DNA of 63,753 nt, filler included. It is 11 parts of 11 records of this genome, joined end to end, with 100 filler letters (N's around TTAATTAATTAA, not from the genome) between each part and the next. Parts side by side here need not be neighbours in the genome. Positions count along the whole stretch, not along the records: positions 34,770 to 44,731 come from SRR7504441_7429; positions 44,832 to 56,500 come from SRR7504441_7440; 9 more parts are not named here. The stretch is one strand, 5' to 3'. Positions 35,195 to 47,293 of this stretch are shown here, piece after piece. Position 1 is the stretch's first letter; each line of letters starts with the position of its first letter. The notes beneath the pieces are model-generated. The model made no database searches and was not told the DNA's origin. It saw only the letters and a program-made list of their open reading frames with translations. The translations under genes were made by a program, and so were the position numbers.

Positions 35195-37167
35195 ATGCCG
35201 TGGAAGACGGCATCGATCCCGGAGATCCTGGGGGCGCTGCTCTCGGGGGAGCACACCTCGCAGCACAATGGACTGTACGGCGGGCAGCTGCCGCCCTGCC
35301 GCAACTTCCTGCTGGCGCTGCTCGCTGGGCTGGCCGCAGACCGTTGGCTCGGTCCGGGTGGGCCTGCGCTAGGCTCCCCGCCGCTTCTCTGGGGCTGCTG
35401 CCAACGGCTGGTGGGCCTGGCCAGCCTGATCACCTTTGGCTCGCTGAAGGGGCAGCTGCTAGCGCTCGGGGGCTCCCGGGGGCTCTACCCAGCCCGGGTG
35501 CTCCTAGCTCGGGCCGCTGCCGATGTCCCACCCCCGTGGCGATACCTGCGCTTCCCTGCGGGCCACCTGTGGCTGTGCGCCTCGGACGCATCGCTGCTGC
35601 TGAGCTGCTGGGCTGGGATCGCGCTCAGTGCGTACGCGTGTTGGGGCGGTGAATACACCGGCGCGGCGCTGCTCGGGTGCTGGGGGCTGCTTGTCTCGAC
35701 CTGCACTGTGATGCCGTTGCTCCAGTACCCCTGGGACTGCCTGTTGATGGAGACCCTGCTGCTCTGCGGCCTGCTCCTGCCCAGCCCGCCGGCGGAACCC
35801 TCGGACTCGGGCTCGCTGTTAATGAGGCTGCTTCTCGTCCGGCTGATGCTGGGGATGGCCAAGTTTAAATTCTCGCGCGGCTGGGCCCATCAGGCGAACG
35901 TGCTCTTCCTCAAGTGGTTCCTGTGCTGGCAGCCGCTCCCAGCCGAGCTAGCTTACTGGCTGTTCCATTGGATCCCGCCGATCGGGTTTGAGTTGCTATA
36001 TCGGCTGATGTACATTGTCGAGGTGATGCTGCCCGCATTATTCCTGTGCAGCTCGCACTGGCTCCGCGTCCCAGCGGCGCTCTGCACCATCGGGCTCCAA
36101 TTTGCCATCGCGATCCAGGGAAATTACGGCATATTTAACCTTCTCACAGCCGCGCTCGCCTTACCTCTGCTGGCTGGCGATCCGGTCGCGGCTCCGGAGG
36201 CTGGATGGGCCGAGTGGGCGTGCGCCGTGCTGCTGGGCGGACTCGGGCTCTTCGCGCTGCCGCACAACTCGTACACCACCAACGCATGGTGCGCTGTCTG
36301 CTTGAACGGCGGCTGAGGCTGCCGCAGGATGTTCTGTGTCCCGCCTGCAGCACTGGACGGCCTTCCCAAGCCGCTGCGCCCGCTGGCACGTGTGCAGCCT
36401 CTCTGCTCGCTCCGGCTGATTGGTTGGCAGAGGGAGTTCTAGCCATCTGCCGCTGGTTGGCGCCGTATCATGTTGCCCACGGCTACGGCGTCTTCACTCC
36501 CGGATCACCCAACAACGTGACGTTTGAACGTCGAGTGCTCCAGCTGCGTGGATCGACCGACGGTGGGCAGCACTGGTTTGCGATTCTACCCCAATATTAC
36601 CCATCTGAGGAGTCCAGTCGCCTGCAACTGTTTGCGCCGTATCAGCCTCGGTTGGACCACCATCTGTTCTACGAGGGCTTTGAGGTGCCTTTGGCTGAGA
36701 CCTCACACATTGTGCCGTGGTACACTGAGCCATCAATCCTCCCAAGGCTGGTACATCAGCTCATGGACAACGACAGCCCAGTCTGGCAACTGTTCGCCAA
36801 GCAGTCCCGGCCGGCAGCCCAGGTGACGCACATTGCCATAGTCCGGCAGTGGGTGCGGTTTGCCACTCCAGCGGAACGCTCTGCTACAGGCGCTACATGG
36901 ATCCGAATAGATGGCGAGAGGGGACCGCCCACTGTTGAGTTGCACGAGCGCTGCGAGCCAGATACAAAAGGAGGCTCCCCGATCCAACTACCGGATTTGT
37001 GCAGCCTCGAGCACAAAGGGTTCTGGGGAGGGTACAGCCGGCCACACGGTGGAGCGGACCGGACCGTGTCTGGCGATTCGCGGAGGTACATAGTAAAGGA
37101 GCTAAGTGAGGAGCAACAGGTCGAGTTAGCGAAGCAACTTTGCGCATGCACTGCGCATAGTCTATAG
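35195..37167 (+). CDS. Lipase maturation factor (LMF)-family membrane protein
   Basis: YPWDCLLMET, RLMLGMAKFKF, WQPLP, GNYGIFNLLT, HGYGVF, FAPYQPRLDH. Confidence 0.88.
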
Positions 37168-37284
37168 GACGCTAGTAATGGTTTTCGTAATGTAGGACTT
37201 CTATCTACTCTCTATGATCTCTTAATTAATCTCTACTACAGTATAATATGACATTGTACATATGTACCGGCATTTCCCCCACTC

Positions 37285-40200
37285 TTATATTTCTTCATCA
37301 GAGCTAGCGGCATTCACCGCGTTCGCCCATCGAATCACCGCATCTTGCATCGTTGAGGGCGGTGGCTTGTCTGCCCAGCCTGCCGCGGCTGCCTTCACTT
37401 CGCGACGGCGTTTTGAGCGGCTCTTCAGCAGCTCTATGATGTCATCCGGCTCGTCGTCTGCTGCGTCGTCGTCACTTTCAGCTGTATAATTGTCGGAATC
37501 GTTATCTGAATCCTCGGTATCATCAGCTGGGCCGTTTGACTCTTCGGGAACTAGGGACACGTAGCCTTCGTCCTGAATGACCACGCTCATAGAGGCCAGA
37601 TGCAGCGGTCACCTCGGAGACTGGAGGAGCTTTGCGCTTGCGACCGGTTAGCCGAGGCTTAGCCACAAGAGGCGCATTGGGGCAGCCTTCAGGAACATGG
37701 CCCTTGCCACCCTGCACCAGCCACCGCTGAGCAACTTAAATGGTGCCGGCTTGAAATGCGCCCACCTCGAAAGAGGCGCCCTGGTAGAAATTCCATTGAA
37801 AGTCCAGCTTGTCCAGCTTATCGATCTGCGCCTGTGTAATCCTGTACTTGCAGCTCGCCGACCGACGAGATTTGCGTCTTTTGTAAACCCAGCGGCCGAG
37901 CTCGGGGTCGTCGTCGTACCGACGAGGCACGTTGGAGTGGCCATGCGCGACGTGGAACTGCTCGAGTCGCTTATACATGGCTTCCCAGTGCTGCTGCTTC
38001 TTGCACTTACCCATCGGCCTCCAATCGAAGCCGATCGAGTCGAGGAGCTGCACCCTGTGTCAGTCTGCCCAGTGGCAGCCATGCCTTCACTCTTGCCTCG
38101 GGGATGGCCGACCTGCGGCGAGGATCGCGCTGAGTCTGCACCCACACCCCTAGCCGGGAATTCTTTAGGACTCCATTCTGCTTGATTCGCCGAGGCGCGT
38201 TGCAGTGGCCGTGCTTGGCCTTGAACTCCTTGAGGCGTTCTGCCCCTCGCTTAACAGCCTGGCCTTGGTAGCTACCAACCGAAGATCGCTTCCCAAGACG
38301 CATCGTCGTCAATGTTCAAGTGCGTGGAGCAAATGCGCTCATCATGACAGAGCTCGGCTCGACCTCCAAGCATTTTCACCTGGTTTGGTTCGACAGGCGG
38401 AGCAGCATTTGAATCGGGCGAGCCGCTGCCTGTAATCTTGTCCGATTGCATCGCCGGTAGCACAGGGATTGTCACGCTCGCATCAGCGCTTCGTATGTGT
38501 GCGCAGTCGTTGGTGCCATCGAGGCCATCGAGCACGGCAAGCTGCTCGGTCCAGTCGAGCACCGGGGGCTCGGCGGCCACAGGCTCGACCCCAGGCAGAC
38601 GCGCGGCACGCCACTTGCTCTTCCATCCGCAGAGGAGCGCAGGCAACCCAGCTGCAGGTTCAGATGCTGCTAGCTTAGCAGGTGGTGCTAGCTTTGGCCG
38701 GAGCTCTTGAATCCCCACCACCTGTGTGGCTTTCTTGCCCGTGACGGTGAAAAGTAGCCCTGAGAGGGTGCGATCGTCGCTGCCATGCGACACGCTGACT
38801 ACGAGGCCGCTGTGCCACGTGGAATCGTCCAATGAGTCCAGCACCTCAACCGTGCTAGATGGTCGCAGTCCAATGGGCACGATTGCGGCGTCAGCTTGGT
38901 CAAGAGCCGACACGCTCCCGACGCCCACCCAAGCTTGTGTGCCATCTGAAAGGAATCGGACCAGCAAGCACCTGGTACCTTTGGACGCCTCTACAGAGCT
39001 CAGCACGGCGTCGTGTGTCTTGCTCCGGCTCCAACGGACCGCGAGAGGGTTGCCAGGCTGCAGGCCCTTGGCAGCTAGCTGCTGCAAGACTGCGGTACGT
39101 CTGAGCCGGGCATTCTCCTTCTCGAGTTTTTCAACATATGAGGTTGATGATGCCTTTCTGCCAATAATTGGCGGGACCTGAGCGGCCTCGGTGCGTTCGG
39201 GTGCTCGTTTGGACAGTCGGGCTCTCTCATGCCCAGAGGAATTGGGGATCTGAGGGATGCGCTGCTGCTCCCGGAGTTGATGCTTCTTTGTATTGATTTG
39301 GGATTGTTTTTTACCTGGAAGCAGTTTCATGAGCTCAGAAGTAGAGCCATTGCCAGCGTTGCAAGCCTTTGTGAGGATGGCAACTTCTTCATCGCTCCAT
39401 ATACGCCTGTTGCCCTCCAAAGCAGTTACATTTGGCTGAGTCGCTGTCCTCGTTGCCCTGGTGCGAGTAGCGCCCCGCTTCGCGACTGCTCCAGAGTCTG
39501 GCAGCTGGGACAGGTGAGCTTCTTGGGCGCGAGAGCCGACTGACAGAGACGACTTTACCGCTATTGCACTTCTGCGGCGATCATTCTGTGCGTTAGCATC
39601 TGTTGTATCGACCGGCTCGTAAACGTAATTCTTCTTCTTCTTTGCATACTTTGCTACCGTTACAGCAGCCGGAGGAGAGCCAGGCGGCGTGCAAGGTATC
39701 TTTGCAGCCGGAGTTGGGCCAGGAGACGTGCGTCGTACTCTCCGCTTGGGCGGGCTGGTGTCCTCAAGATTACAGCGTGACTGAGCGTTGCCAGCTGACT
39801 GAAGATTGAGACTTGTTGTATCAGCAGCCGGTCTGGATCTTCGTGCCCGTCGCTGCTCGGTCGAACCAGCCCCCTCAGGGCCAGCCGCCACCGGTGCGGG
39901 GCTCCGACCGATCAGCCGCGGCTTGGCTGTGCTCGAGGGCTGTCCATCCAGTGCCGACACGCTCCCGACCCCCACCCAGCCCTTGCTGCAGTCCGAAAGG
40001 AACTGGACCAACAGGCACTTGCGCCCCTTGCTAACATCGACGGCGCTCAGCACCGCGTCGTAAGGTTTGCTCTGCGGTTTGTGGCTCCACTGGACGCTCA
40101 GCGGATCGCCCACTCGCAGGCCCTTGGCAGCAAGCTGCTCCAGTACCGCAGCACGCCCCTGCGCGATGGCTTTTTTCTTGCTCGCCAGTGTCGCTGCTCT

Positions 40201-40920
40201 AGGTTGGCGACTCCGCGAGGCTGCGGTTCGCTCAGGTGAGCTAGTTTTGGGCCGTCCGACCTTGCCTTTTGCCTCCGCAGTGCCGGGGCCGCTGCCCGCG
40301 AGAGTCCTTGGCCCCACTGGCTGCCTGCCCCGCTGGGGACGAGGTGGCCTGGACCGCGGTGCGGCCGAGCTCGGTGCGGCGGCCGGCGGCTGGAGCAACT
40401 GGACAGGTTTGACTGCCCTCGGCCTGTAGGGCTGATCGCAGCTCGGGCAGCGGCCGTCTGACGACTCGGCCAGGCAGGCCGCGTGGAAGAGATGGCCGCA
40501 GTCGAGTTTGACCGCCGGCTGCGCCTCCCGATAGCACCCGGGTTTGGGCGGTCTGGCCAGGTCCAGTCCGCACGCGCCGCATTGGGTTGCCTGCCCGGGC
40601 TCGAGCTGCAGCCAGTTCTCGTCCTGGACGACCAGCCGCCGGGCGGCCGCCGCGCTGACCTGCACCGTGCTGCCGTCCTCGAGAGAAACGTCGCATTGAC
40701 CGGCCGAGCCCCGCACCACGGTGCCTCGGTACCATATGGGCACCTTCCAACCCGGGCTCGGCTGGCTCGGCAGACGTCCCTTGGTGTGCGCCTCGAGTTC
40801 TTGCCGGCAGAAGTGGCGGACGGTTCCGTCGAGCAGATCGACCGTCCAACCGTCTGGACTGGCGGCCAGAACCGTGGCGTCGAACGGCATTCGCACTCGC
40901 TCGCCGACCAGCGCTTGCAT
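37285..40920 (-). CDS. Multidomain nuclear protein: RING, duplicated Tudor-like, Myb/SANT, helicase-associated (HA) repeats, acidic tail
   Basis: CGHLFHAACL...CPSC; IWSDEEVAIL...LLPGKKQSQI; RLKEFKAKHGHCNAP...LGVWVQTQR; LLDSIGFDW; WEAMYKRLEQFHVAHGHSNVP...LDFQW. Confidence 0.75.
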
Positions 40921-41102
40921 TGCCGCGCGTCCTCAACCCCCCGGGCTCTCTCCGTTGCACCTGTCTCTCATCGGTAACGGACTTGTGGACAATGTAACGG
41001 ACTTGTGTCGAGCTAGGCTGTAGTTTAGTCTACTCAATCAATGACGTGGTGGTGCACAACGAGAACCCTACAATAACCCTACAGCACTACACGATGATGA
41101 AC

Positions 41103-42621
41103 CTAAGAGTGCTCAAGATAGAGATACACGACCACGCAGATCACTATCAATATGATCGCCACGGTGAACCAAAATATCATGACCCACTTCCACTTGAGCC
41201 ACCACGCTATATTCTTCACGGTGGAGGCTCTCGTTCTCAGCACGCCAGACATTTTTTCCAGGGATTTAGCTGCATTCGCATTCCTAGTAACCTTGACCCT
41301 CCTTGCTTTGATCGTATCCATATTGCGCTTTATCTGCTCCTTGATGAGCCTCATGTTTTCATCCAGCTTCGCCTCGTCCTTCCATAGCTCCTCCAGCTTC
41401 TCGTTGTTTTTCTGCCACAGACTTTATCTCATCCTACCAACGCTAGCGCACCGCGAGCGCCAGACCCACATGGCCTTCAAACTCTTCCTTCTCAGCTTCA
41501 CTGAGGCTCCCGAGCAGATTTAGTCCACTGCCAAATTCATTCTTGTTCACTTGCGCATACCTCCACCCAGAGTTGAGCAGCAGGCAGAGAGCAGGCAGGC
41601 ACCGCTGCTTGAGCGGGTTCGTTTGCACGGCACCCTGATGCTTTAATTCTCCCCGGAGCACGTCTCTTTCAAAGTCTTGAATAATCGAAGCCAGAGTTTT
41701 GTCCCCAGCAATCTCGAATAGTATCAGATTTGCTTCAGCAAAGAACCTGTCAACGCTGTCACCGCCGGCCCGATGACAGCTGGGCGCACGAGATGACGCA
41801 GCGTATGTCTTGACCTGTCAACGCAAACGCTATGCTTTTCTGCTGAAGTAGCTGCTGCCACATCTGCACCACACGCTTAGCCTCGTCTGTTGGGGCGCTT
41901 ACTGCTTTCGGTTGCGGGTCCTCTGCATCAGTGCCAAAGACGTTCTCCCTCAGGATCTGTAGGGCTACCTCCCCACAGCCCCCGTCGTCTTGGCCGCCGT
42001 CCTCCGAGCATACTCCTTCCGCGACCACCTGGAGACATTCGGCCGAGCCCGCAGCCCAGACAGACCGCTAGTTCCTGCGAGTACTCATCTGCACTGTTCA
42101 TATCAATGTAGCCTTTACTGCCCTGGTCCCACACGAAAAAGCAGCCGACCCACATTATGCCCTGCCGCCCGCTCGCCGAGGCCTCGCTGGGCGCGCACCG
42201 AGTTGGCTTGCGCCACCGGCTCCTCTTCCTCCAGCAGCGGGTTGGTCTCGTTAGCGTCCGGGGTCGCGCCGTAGCGCTGCTTTTTGGGCGTCTTCTTGGG
42301 CTTTTCGGGGGCTTTGTTGTACGCGGAGTTTATCGCCTTCATCTGCTGATATCCCTCGTCATCCTTGGGGTAGAACACGTGCTGCTTTTGATCGTAGACC
42401 ACAGTCAGCGCCTTGGGGCCGAGCGACACTTGGACCACCTCCTTGGTCTCGGGCTCGCCGTAGCGGGTCCCGCGGCTGTCGACCTTCCATACCGCGATCT
42501 TGCCGTTCTCGGCCGCCTTGGTGCCGGTGATCGCAATGTCCACCGATTCATTGATTTCGGTGCAGCAGACGTTCAGCGTGCCCGTGCCTTGCACCGCGCG
42601 AACGGCCAGCTCTACCGACAT
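41103..42621 (-). CDS. Longin-type R-SNARE (VAMP7-like) with an N-terminal extension, about 6 introns
   Basis: C-terminal synaptobrevin-like IKEQIKRNMDTIKARRVKV...AWWLKWKW followed by a terminal TM helix. Confidence 0.65.
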
Positions 42622-42866
42622 AGCGGAAGGGGTGTCCACTGTCGCGGGGGGCGGTTAGCCTCGCCTTTGGAAGCTTCAGATTTACTGATAAATACTGTAC
42701 TTTAATAACGGAAAGTGGCTTAGAGTGCGAAGTTTACTGAGTGCGAAGCTGACAACGGAAGGTGATGGTCTTGTACTCTGACTTGAAATAGCAAGAATTA
42801 CTTATTTACTACATGCATATAACTATCTGTACGTACTTGATCTATACATGTATGATTGTGCCCAGC

Positions 42867-44731
42867 TCACGGCCACGCCCCCGGCGCTTGGCCGGTGCGC
42901 CAATTGATTGGAATCGCGCAGCCGAGCCCGCGGGCAACGTACAACTTGAGCTCCTCGATCTGCAGCTGCTGGTCGTGTACCACCCGTTGCAGCTCCTCGG
43001 CCCGCCGCTCGCTCTCGAGAAGCTGCATCTTAGCCCCGTCCACTGCTTGGGCATTCCGGGCTTCCTTGTCCCCTCGCTCGAGCTTTCCCTCAAGCTCTGC
43101 CGCATGCAGCTCACTCTCTTGCAAGCTGGTGCTGAGCTCGCTGATCGAGTCGGCATCCAGCACCTTGCGAGCCTCCAGCTCGGCCAGCCGCCCCTCCAGC
43201 GTATCGATGTGACCGCGGTACAAGCGCTCATCCTGGGCAAGCCGCTCCGACCATTCGGCCCGCTCCAAGTTCATAAATGACTCCAGCCTGGCCTCGGCAT
43301 CGGCAGCCCGCGCCTCCAGCTCCGCCACCTTCTCGCCCTCCGCTGCTTGCCCGTCAGCCTCTCCGCGCGCCTGACGCAGCCTGCCCTCCAGAGCAGCGTC
43401 CATCGCCAGAAGCTCCGAGGCCGCGATCCTGGCCACCTCTGCAAGCCGCTCTCGCTCATCATCGTGAGCAGACGGTTGGCTTTGCGGAGAAAGCAACTCG
43501 ATCTCGCGCTCCAGTTGGCTTGATCGCGCTTGCTCTGCCTGCCGCTCTGCTTGCCAGGCCGCCCTCTCTTGCTCCAGCTGAGCCTCGGAACGGCCGAGCC
43601 TATTCTGAAGCGCCACAACTGTCTCGGAGTTCACCTCAGCGGTCACCTGCTTGATTGCCTCCAGTTCCGTCGCATGCTGTGCATCTTTGGCTTTCAGTTC
43701 CGCATTGGCGTGATCCAGCTTGGTCTCTGCCGTAGAAAGCGCCTCCTGAAGAGAGCTTTCCCGCTGCAGCTCGGCTTGCGCTTTGTTGAGCTGTTCCTGA
43801 AGCTCGCTGATCCTGGCCTCCTGCTGTGCCTCGTCGCGGGCGGCCTGGAGCTGTTGCTCCAAATTGCTCCTCACCAGCCCACTCACGCCAGCTGGGGGCT
43901 GCGGCGAGTGGGCTGCCTTGACCTTGAGCTCGTGCAGCTCGGCCTCGAGCTGGTTGGCGTACAGCGTCCACTGGTTGACTGTATCTTGAGCCTGCTCGAG
44001 AGCCCCCTTGGTCGATGCTAGCTCGGCCTCCAGCTCACTGTCGTCCCTGGCATCGGCTGCTTCATTTCCGGCCTTGGCGGCGAGATCCCGCTCCAGCTCT
44101 GCCAGCTCCGCCTCCAGAGCTGCGTTCGTCTCAACCAGGTCACGGACCTGTTGCATATGCTGCTCCTCCAGCAAGTCTGATTCAACCTGAATGCTCTCTA
44201 GGCCGGCTTCAGCCTCACTGAGCTGTTGTTCGAGCGCGCGAATGCGGTCCTGCCACTCCTCACCAGAAGTCGCTACTGCAGCGCTCAGCTTGGCTTCAAG
44301 TTCGCTGATCCGCTGGGCAGCTTTCTGATGCTCCTCCGCCTCGCAGCCTTGCGCCCTCTTCAACGCAACCTCAGTCGCCCGAAGCTGCTCCTCCAACTCG
44401 ACACTGCGCCGGCGCTCGTCGCTCCCGTTGCTAATCATAGCGACCCTCTCCCTCCTGAGGCTAGACTCGGCCGCTCTGCGCTCAACCAGCTCAGCCTCCA
44501 ACTCGTTGATCCTAATTCGACAAGCCTCCAGCGGCTGGAACTCAAGCTGCATCTCTCTAGCTGAAGCAGCTGCCTCTGCATCCGCCTCCGCCTTCCTTTT
44601 GGCCTCAGCTTCCTCCCTGGCTACAGACGCGGCCTTCAGCTTGGCGACCGTTTCACGCGCTGCAGCCTTTTTTTTGGCGGCTTCCTCCTCCCTGGCTGCA
44701 GCCTCCGTTGCTGCAGCCTTCCTTTTGACCT
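42867..44731 (-). CDS. Long coiled-coil protein, 5'-truncated
   Basis: Open frame from the contig edge, Glu/Ala/Leu/Gln-rich heptads. Confidence 0.75.
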
Positions 44732-44831
44732 NNNNNNNNNNNNNNNNNNNNNNNNNNNNNNNNNNNNNNNNNNNNTTAATTAATTAANNNNNNNNNNNNN
44801 NNNNNNNNNNNNNNNNNNNNNNNNNNNNNNN

Positions 44832-47172
44832 TGCCCCGTTTGCTTGATATGCTTGAATAATTGATTTCTCGACTCAAATACTTGCGAACACACCTCGCAC
44901 ACGAGCGTGTCCTGCCCCACCGCGATCGCAGTGCTGTTATATATCTACTACCTTGCCCCCCCCGGCGTTCTTCTTCTTCTTCTCGGCCCGGGCGCGTCTC
45001 TTCTTCTCTTGGTGACTCAATTCCTGCCCCTCCTGTCAGCCTTACCTGCAAACAGCTCCCACCGGCTTGCAGGGCGGGCACGTAGTGTTGCTAGGCTCGA
45101 CCACCGCTGGCTCTTCGGGCCGCTCCATCTCGGGCTGCTCCGGCGGCCCAGCAGCCTCCTCCGGCTCTAACTGCTCGTCCTCCTGTTGATCGGCGACTGG
45201 CTCACTCTCTTCCTGGATCGCAACCGCCTTCAAGTGCTTCCTGCTCTTCTGGTGCGCACGCAGAAGCTTCGGGGTCTTGAACGACTTATCGCACACAGCG
45301 CAGTATAGCGCTTCCGCCTCTGGCTTGGCCGCCTCGATTGGTGCGTCCGGCTCTGGCTCCACCTCCGCCTGCTTCGGTGAAGACTCGGAGCGGCCCTCCG
45401 TCTCTACTCTCTCTAGAAACTCGCTCTGAAGCTGCTCCGTCAGCGCTGTCAGCGCCGGGCTGGCCGCGGCCACCCCGCCCCGGGCTATTTCGGCCTGACC
45501 CTGGTCGAATACCACGAAATCGTCCCAAAATTCGCCAAACGTCATCCGGAGCTTCCTCGAGCCGTCACCGTCATATAAGTCAAAATCAAGCCCAACCGAG
45601 CTCGGCCCCGCCGGCGCCCATGACCCGCGTACGTCCGCCTGCGCGACATGGCTTGCCGGGAGCCAACCGCCCGACGCACCAGCGGCTTTGCAAAGCTGAA
45701 GCGCGCGTCCGGTTCCAGCTGCAGCTCTCCTGAGACCGGTTTGCCCTCCTGCCGGTCTTATCAGCTTGACCAGGCGCGGTTCGGCTGTCACCCAGCTCCA
45801 GCTGCTCCCTTCTAGCAAGCCAGCCTGCACTAGGGTCTCTTCCGCCTGCCAGGCCTCCGGCTTGAGCCCTGGGAGCCCAACACCTCCGAAGCCGCCTCCT
45901 CCGCAGCCGATCCTTGCTCGACCTCTTCATCCGCCTCTTCATCCTCCTCTATCAACTGCCGTCGGAGCTCCTCCACCGCCTTCAAGTGCTTCTTGCTTCG
46001 CTCGTGATTCTCCCACTGCCGTTGGTTCTTAAAGCTCTTCCTGCGCCCCCTCAAAACCTCCCGCCAGCCTCTCATTGCCTGCACGCCACACAGTATAACT
46101 GCTCCGCCTCGAGCACAGTGTCGCAGTCGGGCTCCAGATCCAGCTCCTGCTCCATCTCCCGGTACATCTCGGCCATTTCTCGCTGCTGCTGCTCCCTATC
46201 CTTCAACCGTTGCTCGGCCCTTTGCTCCAGCTCAGCCTTCTTCAGGCGGTCTCGCTCCAACTTCTGCTCGGCTACTTCTTCCTGCCGCTGCTTGACACGC
46301 GGATCCCGCCGCCGGACGAATCGGACCAGCTGGCGCACGTGCTCATTCGCCTCCTTTTTAGCCTGCCTCTGGCTCAGTCCAGGCAGTCGGCCGCGGCCAA
46401 CCTGGCTCCGAAGCTTCTGGTTCTCTCTCTCGGCCATCCTGCGGGCTTGCCGGTGCGGCATTTGGCTCAGGTTGTACATGTCCTTGTGCCGGAACTGCTG
46501 CCGTGTCACCTGCGCCCAGCTCGCCATTGCACGGCCAGGCGCAGCACAAAGTTGCCCCAGTAGCAGTAAAACTCATCCACCTCGTCCCAAGCCGAGTCGC
46601 TGCACCCATGCTCGCCCCGGCAGCCCAGCTCCCGCCACACCCGCTCCCAAAGTGCGGCGCGATAGGCTCGTCGCTGTCGCTGGTCTCCACTTGCCGCTCA
46701 GTTTTCGCCAGCTGACCACCGGCTCAGTGCCCAACCAGGGGGGAGGGCGCCTGATCGAACGCCTCTGCATACACCGCGTAGAATCCCTGTCCGGCACTCA
46801 GCCCTGGCCGCCCGGGCCCGCCGCCTGCTCGTCGTCCCCAAACCCGGCGTAGCAGGAGCCGCTCATGAACTCCCACAAGTTGATGTCCAGGTCGGTGGAC
46901 GCCCCGGCCCCGGTGCCGTCCCCACCGCGCAGGATCTGCTCCTTGTGCCCGTCGTACCAGGCCCGCTCGTTCGGGTCGCTCAAGGTCTCGAAGGCGTTCC
47001 GGAGCTCCTTGAACTTGGCGGTGGCCAGCTCCTGTTGGTGCATGTTCCGGTCCGGGTGCCACACCAGCGCCAGCCGCTTGTACGCCTTGCGCAGCGCGTC
47101 CTCCTCGCAGCTCTGGTCCACCCCGAGCACCTCGTAGTAGCACGTCCGCCGCCCACCCACAGCAGCCTCCAT
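44832..47172 (-). CDS. DNAJC21: DNAJC21/Jjj1-like J-domain + C2H2 zinc-finger co-chaperone, 3'-truncated
   Basis: LVWHPDRN, LSDPNERAWYD, VRFVRRRDPRV, LYCVAC/KSFK..QWENHERSKKH, and spliced terminal CEVCSQVFESRNQLFKHIKQTG. Confidence 0.88.
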
Positions 47173-47293
47173 TGGCCCTCACAGCACCGCGCCCGCCTCC
47201 GCTCGTGGCACGGTTCGCCTTTGGCGCGCCACGAATCGACACACTTTGGACCGACTGGCCCTGGCAGTGGGCTGCAGAGTCGGCAGCACACCA

